64,000 bases of DNA from an uncultured Gemmatimonadales bacterium (lineage in GTDB: Bacteria > Gemmatimonadota > Gemmatimonadetes > Gemmatimonadales > GWC2-71-9): NCBI GenBank assembly GCA_963821525.1, contig CAWGED010000005.1, forward strand, positions 1,088,001-1,152,000. The letters run 5' to 3'. Positions 49,108 to 58,010 of the stretch are shown here, piece after piece. Made by a program: the position numbers and the translations under genes. The notes under the pieces are model-generated. The model worked only from the letters and a program-made list of their open reading frames with translations, had not been told where the DNA came from and made no database searches. Every line of letters starts with the position of its first letter. Position 1 is the stretch's first letter.

Positions 49108-50916
49108 GTGCAGGGGACTGAATCGCTTCACCGCAAACTCGAGACATTACCCGAAGGTCCCGGCGTCTATCTCTGGAAAGACGCCGAAGGCCGCGTGCTT
49201 TATGTAGGCAAGGCGCGCCATCTCCGGAGCCGGGTCCGCAGCTACCTCGCGGCGGACGGGCCGGACAATCCCATCCATCGGTACCTTCTGCGCCAGATCG
49301 CCGACGTGGAGACCATCGTCGTCGCGAGCGAGCCCCAGTCCCTCCTGCTGGAGAACAATCTCATCAAGGAGTACCAGCCGCGGTTCAACGTGCGGCTGAA
49401 GGACGACAAGAGCTACCCATCCATCGCCGTGACACTCGCGGAGCCATTTCCGCGGGTTCTGGTTACCCGGCGCCGGGATATCCCCGGCGCTCGTTACTTC
49501 GGGCCTTATACCGACGTGACCCAGCTGCGCCGTTCACTGGCGATCGTCCGTCGCCTCTACACCGTCCGTTCCTGCAGTGACAACCTCCCGGTTGATCGGC
49601 GTGAACGGCCCTGCCTGGACTTCTATATCGGGCGTTGCCTGGCCCCATGCGTGGGATGGCAGGGACAGGCGGAGTATCGTGCGATGATCGATGAGGTCCT
49701 GGAGTTCCTGTCCGGTCGCACGCTGGATGTGCGAGCCAAGGTGCGTCAGGCCATGCTCGAGGCCAGTGAGCGCGAAGACTACGAGCGGGCCAGGAACCTG
49801 CGCGATACTCTCAAGTGGCTGGAGCAGATAGAACAACCCGCGGCCATCGAGGTGCTGGGAACCGGAGACGCCGACGTCATCGGCTTTGCGCGAGACGGTG
49901 ACGATGCCGTTGGCGTAGTACTCCGGGTGCGGGAGGGGCGCGTCGTGGGTCGGGAGCACGCTTTCCTGGAGAATGTCGAGGGGGAGTCGGACGAAGCCGT
50001 TCTGAGCGTATTCCTGGTGCGGATGTACGTACCGCTGCCCGCCCGAAGCACGAAGCTCATGCTTCCTTTCGCTCCCGCCGATGCGGAGAGTCTGAAGGCG
50101 CTGCTGCTCGAAACCGACTGGCAACTGCCGCAGCGGGGCATGGGGCGCCGGCTGGTGGATCTGGCCGAACAGAACGCTCGTCATCTGATGGAAAGCCTGC
50201 GGATCGAGTCGTTCGAAACCGAAGAGCGCGCCGAGGATCCGGTCTACGCCCTCGGCCGTGACCTGGGATTGGGTACCGTGCCGCGGAGCATGATCTGCAT
50301 CGACATCTCAACCAATCAGGGAAGAGACACAGTAGGTTCTCTGATCTGGTTCGAGGCCGGCCGCCCCAAGAAGAGCGAATACCGCAAGTTCAAGATCAAG
50401 GGGGTTGCGCAGCAGGATGATTTCGCCGCGATTGCCGAAGTCGTCACTCGGTTCTTGACCCGCCGTCGCGACGAATCGAAGCCGATGCCCGACCTCATCG
50501 TCATCGACGGCGGGAAAGGACAGCTCGGAGCGGCGGTGCAGGCGGCGGCGGCGGTGGGGATTACCAACATTCCCATCGTCAGCCTGGCCAAACGGGAAGA
50601 GGAAGTCTTCCTCCCCGGGCGGGAAGACAGTTTGCGGCTCTCCCGCCGCAGTCCATCACTGCGCCTCCTGCAGCGGGCGCGCGATGAAGCGCATCGGTTC
50701 GGCGTAGCGTACAATCGGAAGCGCCGCGCCACCCGAACAATTACCTCGGAATTGCTCGACATCCCCGGGATCGGGCCGAACCGTCGGCGGGCGCTTCTCG
50801 AACGATTCGGCAGCCTGGCCGGAGTCAAGTCGGCGACTGCGGCTGAACTCGCCAGCCTGCCGGGATTCTCCACCAAGCTTGCGGACCGGATCCTCCGGCA
50901 ACTCACGGAGAAGTGA
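49108..50916 (+). CDS. uvrC: excinuclease ABC subunit C
   Basis: PGVY, YVGKA, DDKSYP, DIS, IDGGKGQ, RDEAHRF and HhH IPGIG motifs. Confidence 0.97.
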   Translation: MQGTESLHRKLETLPEGPGVYLWKDAEGRVLYVGKARHLRSRVRSYLAADGPDNPIHRYLLRQIADVETIVVASEPQSLLLENNLIKEYQPRFNVRLKDDKSYPSIAVTLAEPFPRVLVTRRRDIPGARYFGPYTDVTQLRRSLAIVRRLYTVRSCSDNLPVDRRERPCLDFYIGRCLAPCVGWQGQAEYRAMIDEVLEFLSGRTLDVRAKVRQAMLEASEREDYERARNLRDTLKWLEQIEQPAAIEVLGTGDADVIGFARDGDDAVGVVLRVREGRVVGREHAFLENVEGESDEAVLSVFLVRMYVPLPARSTKLMLPFAPADAESLKALLLETDWQLPQRGMGRRLVDLAEQNARHLMESLRIESFETEERAEDPVYALGRDLGLGTVPRSMICIDISTNQGRDTVGSLIWFEAGRPKKSEYRKFKIKGVAQQDDFAAIAEVVTRFLTRRRDESKPMPDLIVIDGGKGQLGAAVQAAAAVGITNIPIVSLAKREEEVFLPGREDSLRLSRRSPSLRLLQRARDEAHRFGVAYNRKRRATRTITSELLDIPGIGPNRRRALLERFGSLAGVKSATAAELASLPGFSTKLADRILRQLTEK

Positions 50917-50920
50917 TTCA

Positions 50921-51202
50921 ATGTCTCGCGCATTCGTGAAGGAAGACGAGGAAGACCAGCCGCGGCGCTATCACCTGCCGCCTCGGACCGATTCATCCTA
51001 CCCGGCCGCGGCCGCCTGGGCGCTGCTCGAGGGGGCCAATCATGGCGACTCGATGGGTGCCGAGGCGGCGACCGGTCACCGGTGGGGCGATCCCGTTCTC
51101 CGGCCCCAGGTGGAAATCATCCGCGCCGACGCCGAACGGCGTGGTGACGAGCGGCTTGTTCAGCTGGCGGATCGCTTTCTGAATTACCGCGCGGAGTCCT
51201 GA
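50921..51202 (+). CDS. hypothetical protein beginning MSRAFVKE
   Basis: 93-aa ORF filling the uvrC-thrC gap. Confidence 0.7.
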   Translation: MSRAFVKEDEEDQPRRYHLPPRTDSSYPAAAAWALLEGANHGDSMGAEAATGHRWGDPVLRPQVEIIRADAERRGDERLVQLADRFLNYRAES

Positions 51203-51203
51203 A

Positions 51204-52394
51204 GTGGACTGGACTCTCGACTGCGTAAACTGCGGAAACACGAGTGGCCCGGAAGGGTTGCCGACTGTCTGCACCAACTGTGGGCAGCCGTGGCTCGTTC
51301 GCTATCCTGATCGTGTCCCAGTGCTGACCGACCGGGCGGAGTTGAGGCGTCGTCATGGGATGTGGCGCTTCCGCCCCTTCCTTCCGCTCACCCCGGCCGA
51401 AACCCCCGTCTCGCTCGGCGAAGGCGATACGCCATTGCTTCACGTGCGTCGTCTGGGGAAGAGCGTTGGCGTGGATTCACTCTGGATCAAAGACGAAGGC
51501 GCTAATCCTACGGGTTCATTCAAGGCTCGAGGCCTGAGCGCGGCAATCACCCGGGCTCACGCATCCGGCGTCACTCGTTTCGTCATTCCCACCGCAGGAA
51601 ATGCCGGAGTCGCCGCGGCGGCCTACGCAGCGAGGGCCGGATGTCATGTGAAGGTGTTTGCTCCTGCGACGACGCCATCGCCTATTCTCGCGCAGATTCG
51701 CGTCTTTGGTGGGGACCTCGTTCTGCTCGACGGCCACATCGGGGACTGTGGACGGGCAGCGCGGGCATATGCCGCGGAGACCGGTGCGTTTGATCTTTCG
51801 ACCCTCCGCGAACCCTATCGCATCGAAGGCAAGAAGACTCTCGGCCTTGAGCTCGCGCTGCAGTTCGGCTGGGCATTCCCTCAGGTCATCATCTATCCTA
51901 CCGGCGGCGGGACTGGGCTGATCGGAATGTGGAAAGCCTTCGCGGAGCTCCGCACCGCCGGCTGGGTGACTGATGACCCGCCACGAATGTTCACCGTTCA
52001 GGCCACCGGGTGTGCTCCGATCGTCCGCGCCTTCGAGGCGGGAGCTGACCATGCCGAACCGTGGAAGGATCCCACGACGATCGCCAGCGGACTGCGCGTT
52101 CCGGGGCCGCTGGGAGACCGCCTCATCCTTCGCGCCCTCCGTGAAAGCAACGGAGCCGCAGTCGCCGTGAGCGACGAGGATCTGGCACAGTGGGCTGCGA
52201 ATGGAGCTGCCGAGGAAGGGATCGATTTCTCACCCGAGGGAGGTGCCGGCCTCGCCGGGCTTCGGCTCCTGCTGGATCGTGGGCTGGTGCGGCCGGAGGA
52301 GCAGATCGTCGTCTTCAACACCGGCGCCGGGTGGCTTTATCGTCAAAGGCCCGATTTGCCTCTCCCATCGACGGGGAGCGATATTTCAGCATGA
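51204..52394 (+). CDS. thrC: threonine synthase family PLP enzyme
   Basis: N-terminal CxxC pair, SLGEGDTP, NPTGSFKARG, TAGNAG, EGKKT and PTGGG motifs. Confidence 0.85.
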   Translation: MDWTLDCVNCGNTSGPEGLPTVCTNCGQPWLVRYPDRVPVLTDRAELRRRHGMWRFRPFLPLTPAETPVSLGEGDTPLLHVRRLGKSVGVDSLWIKDEGANPTGSFKARGLSAAITRAHASGVTRFVIPTAGNAGVAAAAYAARAGCHVKVFAPATTPSPILAQIRVFGGDLVLLDGHIGDCGRAARAYAAETGAFDLSTLREPYRIEGKKTLGLELALQFGWAFPQVIIYPTGGGTGLIGMWKAFAELRTAGWVTDDPPRMFTVQATGCAPIVRAFEAGADHAEPWKDPTTIASGLRVPGPLGDRLILRALRESNGAAVAVSDEDLAQWAANGAAEEGIDFSPEGGAGLAGLRLLLDRGLVRPEEQIVVFNTGAGWLYRQRPDLPLPSTGSDISA

Positions 52395-53695
52395 GCGCGG
52401 GTCGTTTCGCAATTCTGGATCCTGCAGCAGGAATCAGCGGGGACATGCTGCTCGGCGCCCTGATTGACGCCGGTGCCGCACCCGAATGGCTGGAGGCGCT
52501 GCCTGGACGCCTCGGGTTCTCCGACGCCAGAGTGGAAATCTCCCGAGTAGTCCGTTGCGGCATCGTATCCACCAAGGTCACGGTCTACTCCCCTCACGGT
52601 GAGGTGGAACATCCGAACCCGTTGTGGACCGAACCCCACTCGCACGCTCCCGGCACGCCCCACTCCCACGATTCGCGCCAGTCCCACGCTCCACATCACC
52701 ACGTAGGGAATCTCATCGCGACGCTGGAGCACGCGCCGCTCTCCGACTGGGTACGCCAACACGCCATCCGTGCTTTCAAGCTGCTGGCGGAAGAGGAGGG
52801 CCGCATCCACGGTGTGGCCCCGGAGGACGTGGCTCTCCATGAAGTCGGCGCCGTCGATGCCATGGTGGATATCGTGGGGGGAATCGAAGGCTTTGAGCGC
52901 CTGGGAATTCAGCGGGTCCACAATCGACCCGTTGCCCTGGGGGAAGGGTGGATTCGGGCCGCCCATGGAGTGCTGCCGGTTCCGGCACCGGTTACCGCCC
53001 GCCTTCTCGAGGGAATCGAGATTGGACCTAACGGACCAGTCACTGGAGAAGCGACGACTCCTACTGGCGCCGTTCTTCTCAGAGTGTTGAGCGCCGGGCG
53101 TCCGCCCTCGCGCTGGCGCGCCACGGCCAGTGGATGGGGAGCCGGTGGTCGTGATCCGGAGTCCTATCCCAATGCCCTCCGGCTGATCATCGCGGAGCCC
53201 GCTGGCGAGGCCGGCGAAGTGGTGACACTGTCCACCGATCTGGACGATATGAGCCCGGAGTATCTCGAGCCCCTGAGGGAGGCCCTTATTTCCGCCGGAG
53301 CCTTGGATGTTCAAGTCTGGCCTACGCATATGAAGAAGGGCAGGCCCGGATTCCGCCTGGAAGCGATCACGGAACCCTCGGCAGCAGACCGAGTTGCAGA
53401 GGCACTCTTTCTGCACAGTACGACCGCCGGTGTCCGACGGTGGACCATGGAACGCGTCACCCTACCGAGGCACCAGGTGGAGATTGAAATCGCCCCTGGT
53501 GTCTCGGTTCGCGTAAAGATCCTGGAGGCGCCGAGTGGACCCCGGGCGAAGCCTGAGTTCGACGACGTGAGTGCGGCAGCCCGACGACTGGGCAGGCCCG
53601 CGCTCGAGATCTCGCGTGAGGTGCAGACCCGCGCGCTCGCAAAGGTCGCCGCGGTGGCGCCCGACACATCCCGAACATTGAAAGAGGAGTCGTGA
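52391..53695 (+). CDS. larC: nickel pincer cofactor biosynthesis protein LarC
   Basis: GISGDMLLGAL, His-rich insert, HEVGAVD, PVPAP, TTPTGA, MKKGRPG and KPEFDD motifs. Confidence 0.92.
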   Translation: MSAGRFAILDPAAGISGDMLLGALIDAGAAPEWLEALPGRLGFSDARVEISRVVRCGIVSTKVTVYSPHGEVEHPNPLWTEPHSHAPGTPHSHDSRQSHAPHHHVGNLIATLEHAPLSDWVRQHAIRAFKLLAEEEGRIHGVAPEDVALHEVGAVDAMVDIVGGIEGFERLGIQRVHNRPVALGEGWIRAAHGVLPVPAPVTARLLEGIEIGPNGPVTGEATTPTGAVLLRVLSAGRPPSRWRATASGWGAGGRDPESYPNALRLIIAEPAGEAGEVVTLSTDLDDMSPEYLEPLREALISAGALDVQVWPTHMKKGRPGFRLEAITEPSAADRVAEALFLHSTTAGVRRWTMERVTLPRHQVEIEIAPGVSVRVKILEAPSGPRAKPEFDDVSAAARRLGRPALEISREVQTRALAKVAAVAPDTSRTLKEES

Positions 53696-55137
53696 TGACA
53701 CGATTGATTGCGGTGGGCTTCCTCCTGCTGACAGCGGCCCCCGCCGCGGCGCAGCAGCCGGCGATTGCCAGCCGCGTGACGGGTGCGCTCGACCAGAAGC
53801 TGGTGGATCCCGCGTGTAAGCTCACAGGCGGCGATTTCAAAGTCAGCAGCGGAAAGACGTACCTCAAGAGTGCGCTGGAATCTTCCAATCCTGATGCCCG
53901 GAACCGAATGCTCCGCGACGGCGTGCGGGTCATTTCGGAAGCCATCGGCAGCGGTCAGAGCGGAAGCTCCGCGGCCTGGTATTGGCTGGGGCGGAACTAC
54001 CTCCAGCAGGGCGATCTGGTCGGCACCGACTCCGCCTTCACCAAGGTTGAGAAGATCACTCCCGCATGCAAAGCCGACACCGACAAGCAGCGGTATCGGG
54101 CCTGGGCATCCCTGGTAAACGCGGGCAGTGAATTCCGGAAGAACAACACGATGGACTCTGCGCTGGTCATGTTTACAGCCGCAAACAGCATCTACCGTGA
54201 CGCGCCGCTGTCCTACATGAACATGGCCGAGATCTACAACAGCCAGAAGATGCCCGACAGCTCGCTGGCCTACTACACCAAGGCCGCCATGACCGAGCCG
54301 ACCGACACGGCACAACTGAAGCTGCGCGATCAGGCCCTCTTCAACACCGGCGCACTGCTCCTCAATGGCGGAAAGGCCGCCGAGGCGATCCCGATGTTCG
54401 AGAAGTACCTGCAGCGGGTGCCGGATGATTTGGGCGCCAAGAAGGCCTTGGCCAACGCCTACCGCGCAACTGGTCAGACGGACAAGGCCCAGGAACTGGA
54501 GAAGGCGTTGGTTGCCGCGGGTGGTGGCGCCGCCGCTGGGGCAGGGGCCGGAGGGGGCGGGGAAGGTCTGACCGAGGCCGATCTCATCGACTTGGGGACC
54601 AAGCAGTACAACGACAAGAACTACAAGGAAGCCGCCGAGACCTTCGGCAAAGTCCTTGAGATGAACCCCAATCAGCGCGACGCGATTTACGTCCAGGCCA
54701 ACGCCTATCTGGCAATGCAGGACGGTGCGAATCTGGCGTCGTCGGCCGAGCGTCTGATCGCCCTCGAACCATTGAGTGAGTACGCTTACTCGATGCGCGC
54801 CCAGGGATACAAGTTTGCCAAGAACACCGACAAGGTCGTCGAGGCGATTACCGCGCGTGAGGCACTGCCGGTCAACCTGGAGATCGAGAAGCTGAAGGTC
54901 GCAGGTTCCAATCTTTCGCTCACCGGGAAGGCAACCGGGCGGGAGGCCCGCAATTCGGCCAACAAGGTGATACCTCCTGCTCCGACAACGATCGTCGTGG
55001 AGTTCCTCGATGAGAAGGGAACGGTTGTGGGCACCCAGGAAACGACGATACCCGCCCTGCAGCCTGGTGCCACGCAGCCGATTCAGGTTGACGGCAAGGC
55101 CGATGGGGTCAAGGCTTGGCGCTACAAGGTGAAGTAA
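53692..55137 (+). CDS. secreted TPR-repeat protein with C-terminal beta domain
   Basis: Signal peptide, several TPR-like helices and C-terminal VEFLDEKGTVVG...LQPG. Confidence 0.8.
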   Translation: MMTRLIAVGFLLLTAAPAAAQQPAIASRVTGALDQKLVDPACKLTGGDFKVSSGKTYLKSALESSNPDARNRMLRDGVRVISEAIGSGQSGSSAAWYWLGRNYLQQGDLVGTDSAFTKVEKITPACKADTDKQRYRAWASLVNAGSEFRKNNTMDSALVMFTAANSIYRDAPLSYMNMAEIYNSQKMPDSSLAYYTKAAMTEPTDTAQLKLRDQALFNTGALLLNGGKAAEAIPMFEKYLQRVPDDLGAKKALANAYRATGQTDKAQELEKALVAAGGGAAAGAGAGGGGEGLTEADLIDLGTKQYNDKNYKEAAETFGKVLEMNPNQRDAIYVQANAYLAMQDGANLASSAERLIALEPLSEYAYSMRAQGYKFAKNTDKVVEAITAREALPVNLEIEKLKVAGSNLSLTGKATGREARNSANKVIPPAPTTIVVEFLDEKGTVVGTQETTIPALQPGATQPIQVDGKADGVKAWRYKVK

Positions 55138-55153
55138 CCCGTCGAATTACCTT

Positions 55154-55183
55154 GACGCCCCGGCGCAGTCTTGCCGGGGCGTT
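55154..55183 (+). terminator. hairpin after the TPR gene
   Basis: gacgccccggc...gccggggcgtt, with only a weak U-tract. Confidence 0.5.
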
Positions 55184-55236
55184 GCCTTCGCCGGTCATTG
55201 ACAAGGTTGTGAAACGACGGCGAGATTTCTCGAACC

Positions 55237-55309
<73 letters not shown>

Positions 55310-55326
55310 CTGACCGTGTGATCCAC

Positions 55327-55360
55327 GCCTCCGCAGATCTGGTGCGGGGGCCTCTTTTTT
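55327..55360 (+). terminator. intrinsic terminator after tRNA-Gly
   Basis: gcctccgca...tgcgggggc followed by ctctttttt. Confidence 0.7.
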
Positions 55361-55547
55361 ACGGGCGGTAACACCACGACGGGTACCTGTCCGCCCTCCG
55401 GGTCAAGACAGCCGATGGCGGAGATCCGGGTGTTCGACCCAAAGACCGACCCCGTGAAGACTTAGGCATTCCCACGGGCAGGGCTTGAATGTTGCCCAGC
55501 CGCCGGGCAGATTCGTTTCCCTCATCTCAACGACCTGGAGTCATCGG

Positions 55548-55931
55548 ATGAACTCATTCAGCCGTTTGCCTCTCGCTGCTGCGATCATGCTGGCGGTCGC
55601 GGCCACCCCGGCTCGGGCTCAGTCACAACTGCCACAGGGAGTCACCCAGGAGCTCATCGACAAGGGCAACGGGATCTTCCATAAAGACGGTCTCTGCTAC
55701 GCCTGCCACGGCGCCGACGCCAAAGGTATGGTTGGCCCTAACCTCACCGATGACGTCTGGATTCACAACAAGGGCGGTTACGATGAAATCGTTGCCCAAG
55801 TGATGAAGGGAATTACCAAGGAAGAATCGAAGAGCGGTGTAGTGATGCCGCCAAAGGGCGGATCCAGTATCTCCGATGATGATGTGAAAGCGGTTGCCGC
55901 TTATGTCTGGTCGCTGAGCCATCCTCAATAG
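55548..55931 (+). CDS. monoheme class I cytochrome c
   Basis: Signal peptide, CYACH, GPNLTD and distal MPPKGG. Confidence 0.92.
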   Translation: MNSFSRLPLAAAIMLAVAATPARAQSQLPQGVTQELIDKGNGIFHKDGLCYACHGADAKGMVGPNLTDDVWIHNKGGYDEIVAQVMKGITKEESKSGVVMPPKGGSSISDDDVKAVAAYVWSLSHPQ

Positions 55932-55957
55932 GGATGTGTGATCCTAGGCACAAATAG

Positions 55958-55987
55958 GCGCCGGTCGTCGTTCGGGCCGGCGCTTTT
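55958..55987 (+). terminator. intrinsic terminator after cytochrome c
   Basis: gcgccggtc...ggccggcgc followed by tttt. Confidence 0.6.
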
Positions 55988-56093
55988 GTCATGCAAGAAG
56001 CCCGAGCCGGGCTTCGGAAAGATTGTGGTTTTTTGGCCTATTGCAAGACTGCATCTTATTGAGGTATATAGGCTTACGATTAATGTCGAATAT

Positions 56094-56108
56094 TGGCATA
56101 GGGGTTGC
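56094..56108 (+). promoter_or_regulatory. sigma54 -24/-12 promoter of the pilin gene
   Basis: TGGCATAGGGGTTGC, i.e. GG-N10-GC, 55 nt upstream of the pilin ATG. Confidence 0.75.
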
Positions 56109-56163
56109 CCTTCCGAGGTCATTGGGAGTTTCTCTCATGGCGCACCCGGAAGGACGGGATGGT

Positions 56164-56592
56164 ATGACCAGGAAGGGATTTACCCTAATCGAGCTTTTGA
56201 TCGTAGTTGTGATCATCGGGATTCTCGCGACTATCGCGATCCCGAAGTTCGCCAACACGAAGAACAAGGCCATTCTGGCCAGCATGAAGGCTGACCTGCG
56301 CAATCTGGTGACTGCCCAGGAAGGCTTCTACTTCGATAACACGGATTACGCCGGCTCGACGACCAGCGGTCTGCCGGTCAGCGGCACGGGTGGCGCCGGT
56401 CAAATCCAGTTTATCCCCAGCAACGGTAACCTGCTGACGATTACCTATATCGGCGTTACCGGGTACAAGGCGACGATGACCAACGTGACGATTGCGGCGT
56501 CCGTTCCGAATACGTGCGGCGTGTTTATCGGTGCCATCGCGAATTCGCCGAACGCGGCTGTTACGATGGAGGGCTCACCGGCCTGTTGGTAG
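56164..56592 (+). CDS. type IV pilin
   Basis: MTRKG/FTLIELLIVVVIIGILATIAIP prepilin site and a C-terminal Cys pair. Confidence 0.92.
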   Translation: MTRKGFTLIELLIVVVIIGILATIAIPKFANTKNKAILASMKADLRNLVTAQEGFYFDNTDYAGSTTSGLPVSGTGGAGQIQFIPSNGNLLTITYIGVTGYKATMTNVTIAASVPNTCGVFIGAIANSPNAAVTMEGSPACW

Positions 56593-56611
56593 GCTAGCGC
56601 CTCGATCCTTC

Positions 56612-56642
56612 AAAGGGCGGCGACCTTCAGGTCGTCGCCCTT
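56612..56642 (+). terminator. hairpin terminator after pilin
   Basis: aagggcggcgacc-ttca-ggtcgtcgccctt. Confidence 0.65.
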
Positions 56643-56732
56643 CTGATTACCCTCCTGTCTTGAATCCCGGCGCCTAAGGGGCCACCTTTTACCGCTTCTT
56701 TTCGCTGGTCCGCCCAGGAGTACCCGTTTTTC

Positions 56733-58010
56733 ATGGTCAAAGTCACCGCAGTCCAGCCCGGATCGATTGCCGAGGAGCTTGGGCTTCTGCCGGGCACCGA
56801 ACTCCTGTCCGTCAACGGCCACGAGCTGGAGGACTTCCTCGACTGGGAGTTCCTCACCGCCGAGGATGAGTTCGTAGTTCACGCGCGCCAGCCGGATGGA
56901 GAGGAGATCGAATACGACATCGAGCGGGCGGAAGGGATGCCTCTCGGCGTTTCGCTGGAGCCGCCCCGGATCCGCCGCTGTGCCAACCGATGCGATTTCT
57001 GTTTCGTGGACGGCCTTCCCCAGGGACTGCGGGAGACGCTCTACATCCGCGACGACGATTACCGCCTGTCTTTCAAGTACGGAAACTTCGCCACGCTGAC
57101 GAACCTGAAGCCGTGGGACGTACAGCGGATCATCGAATACCGGCTCTCTCCGCTCTACGTGTCGGTTCACGCGACGGATCCCGTCATCCGGCGCTATCTC
57201 CTGCGCAACCCGCTGGCGCCTGACGTCCTCGAGCAACTACGCCAATTCGCGGCGCATGGCATCGAGTTTCACACTCAGATCGTGATGTCTCCCGGGGTAA
57301 ACGACGGCGAGATCCTGGAGCGGAGTCTCTCCGATCTCTATGCCTTCGGCCGCGTGGTGCACAACGTCTCGGTTGTGCCTGTCGGGCTGACCGAGTTCAG
57401 CAAGCACAGTCTGGTGCGGGAACCAACTCGGGAGGAGTGCGCCGCCGCTATCCGCCAGCTCGAGCCATGGGCCGATCGCGCCAGGGCGGAGCGGGGAATG
57501 ACCTGGGCCTATGGCGCGGACGAGCTCTATCTTCGCGCGGGCATCGAGCTTCCCGGAGCCGAGGTCTACGGCGACTTCGAGCAGGTCGAGAATGGAGTAG
57601 GGTCCGTGCGCTATCTGCAGAAACGGATCGGAGAAGAGCGGGAGGCGCTGGCGAGCTGGGAGGGAAAGCGAATCGCGGTGCTTACCGGCACCTCCATGGG
57701 CGCGTTGTTGCCTCAGGTGATCGATCAGCTGCGCGAATACACTGGTGCCGAGTTCGAGCTGCTGGTACTGGAGAACACGCTCTTCGGCACTTCCGTGACA
57801 TGCGCCGGCCTGCTTCCCGGCGCGGCATTCCGCCAAGCCCTGCTCGATCGCAAGGGCTTCGATCTGGCGTTGCTGCCCGCCGAATCGCTCAATGATGATG
57901 GTCTCTTCATGGACGACCTGTCGTTCGAGGCGCTCGCGGCGACCGCTCCGATGGAGATTCGACCCTCCTATTTCTTCGCGGATGCGCTCGATACCCCCGT
58001 CGCCGCGTGA
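56733..58010 (+). CDS. PDZ plus DUF512 putative radical SAM/FeS protein
   Basis: PGSIAEELG, CANRCDFCF (CxxxCxxC), DDDYRLSF, VVPVGLT and QVENGVG motifs. Confidence 0.9.
   Translation: MVKVTAVQPGSIAEELGLLPGTELLSVNGHELEDFLDWEFLTAEDEFVVHARQPDGEEIEYDIERAEGMPLGVSLEPPRIRRCANRCDFCFVDGLPQGLRETLYIRDDDYRLSFKYGNFATLTNLKPWDVQRIIEYRLSPLYVSVHATDPVIRRYLLRNPLAPDVLEQLRQFAAHGIEFHTQIVMSPGVNDGEILERSLSDLYAFGRVVHNVSVVPVGLTEFSKHSLVREPTREECAAAIRQLEPWADRARAERGMTWAYGADELYLRAGIELPGAEVYGDFEQVENGVGSVRYLQKRIGEEREALASWEGKRIAVLTGTSMGALLPQVIDQLREYTGAEFELLVLENTLFGTSVTCAGLLPGAAFRQALLDRKGFDLALLPAESLNDDGLFMDDLSFEALAATAPMEIRPSYFFADALDTPVAA

Noticed and set aside
55361..55456. Twister ribozyme or c-di-GMP-I riboswitch resemblance (TAACAC, GGGTC..GACAGCC)
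   Set aside because: The twister GA-GGG segment and the GEMM GCAAA/GAAA motifs are absent; kept only as an unclassified structure.
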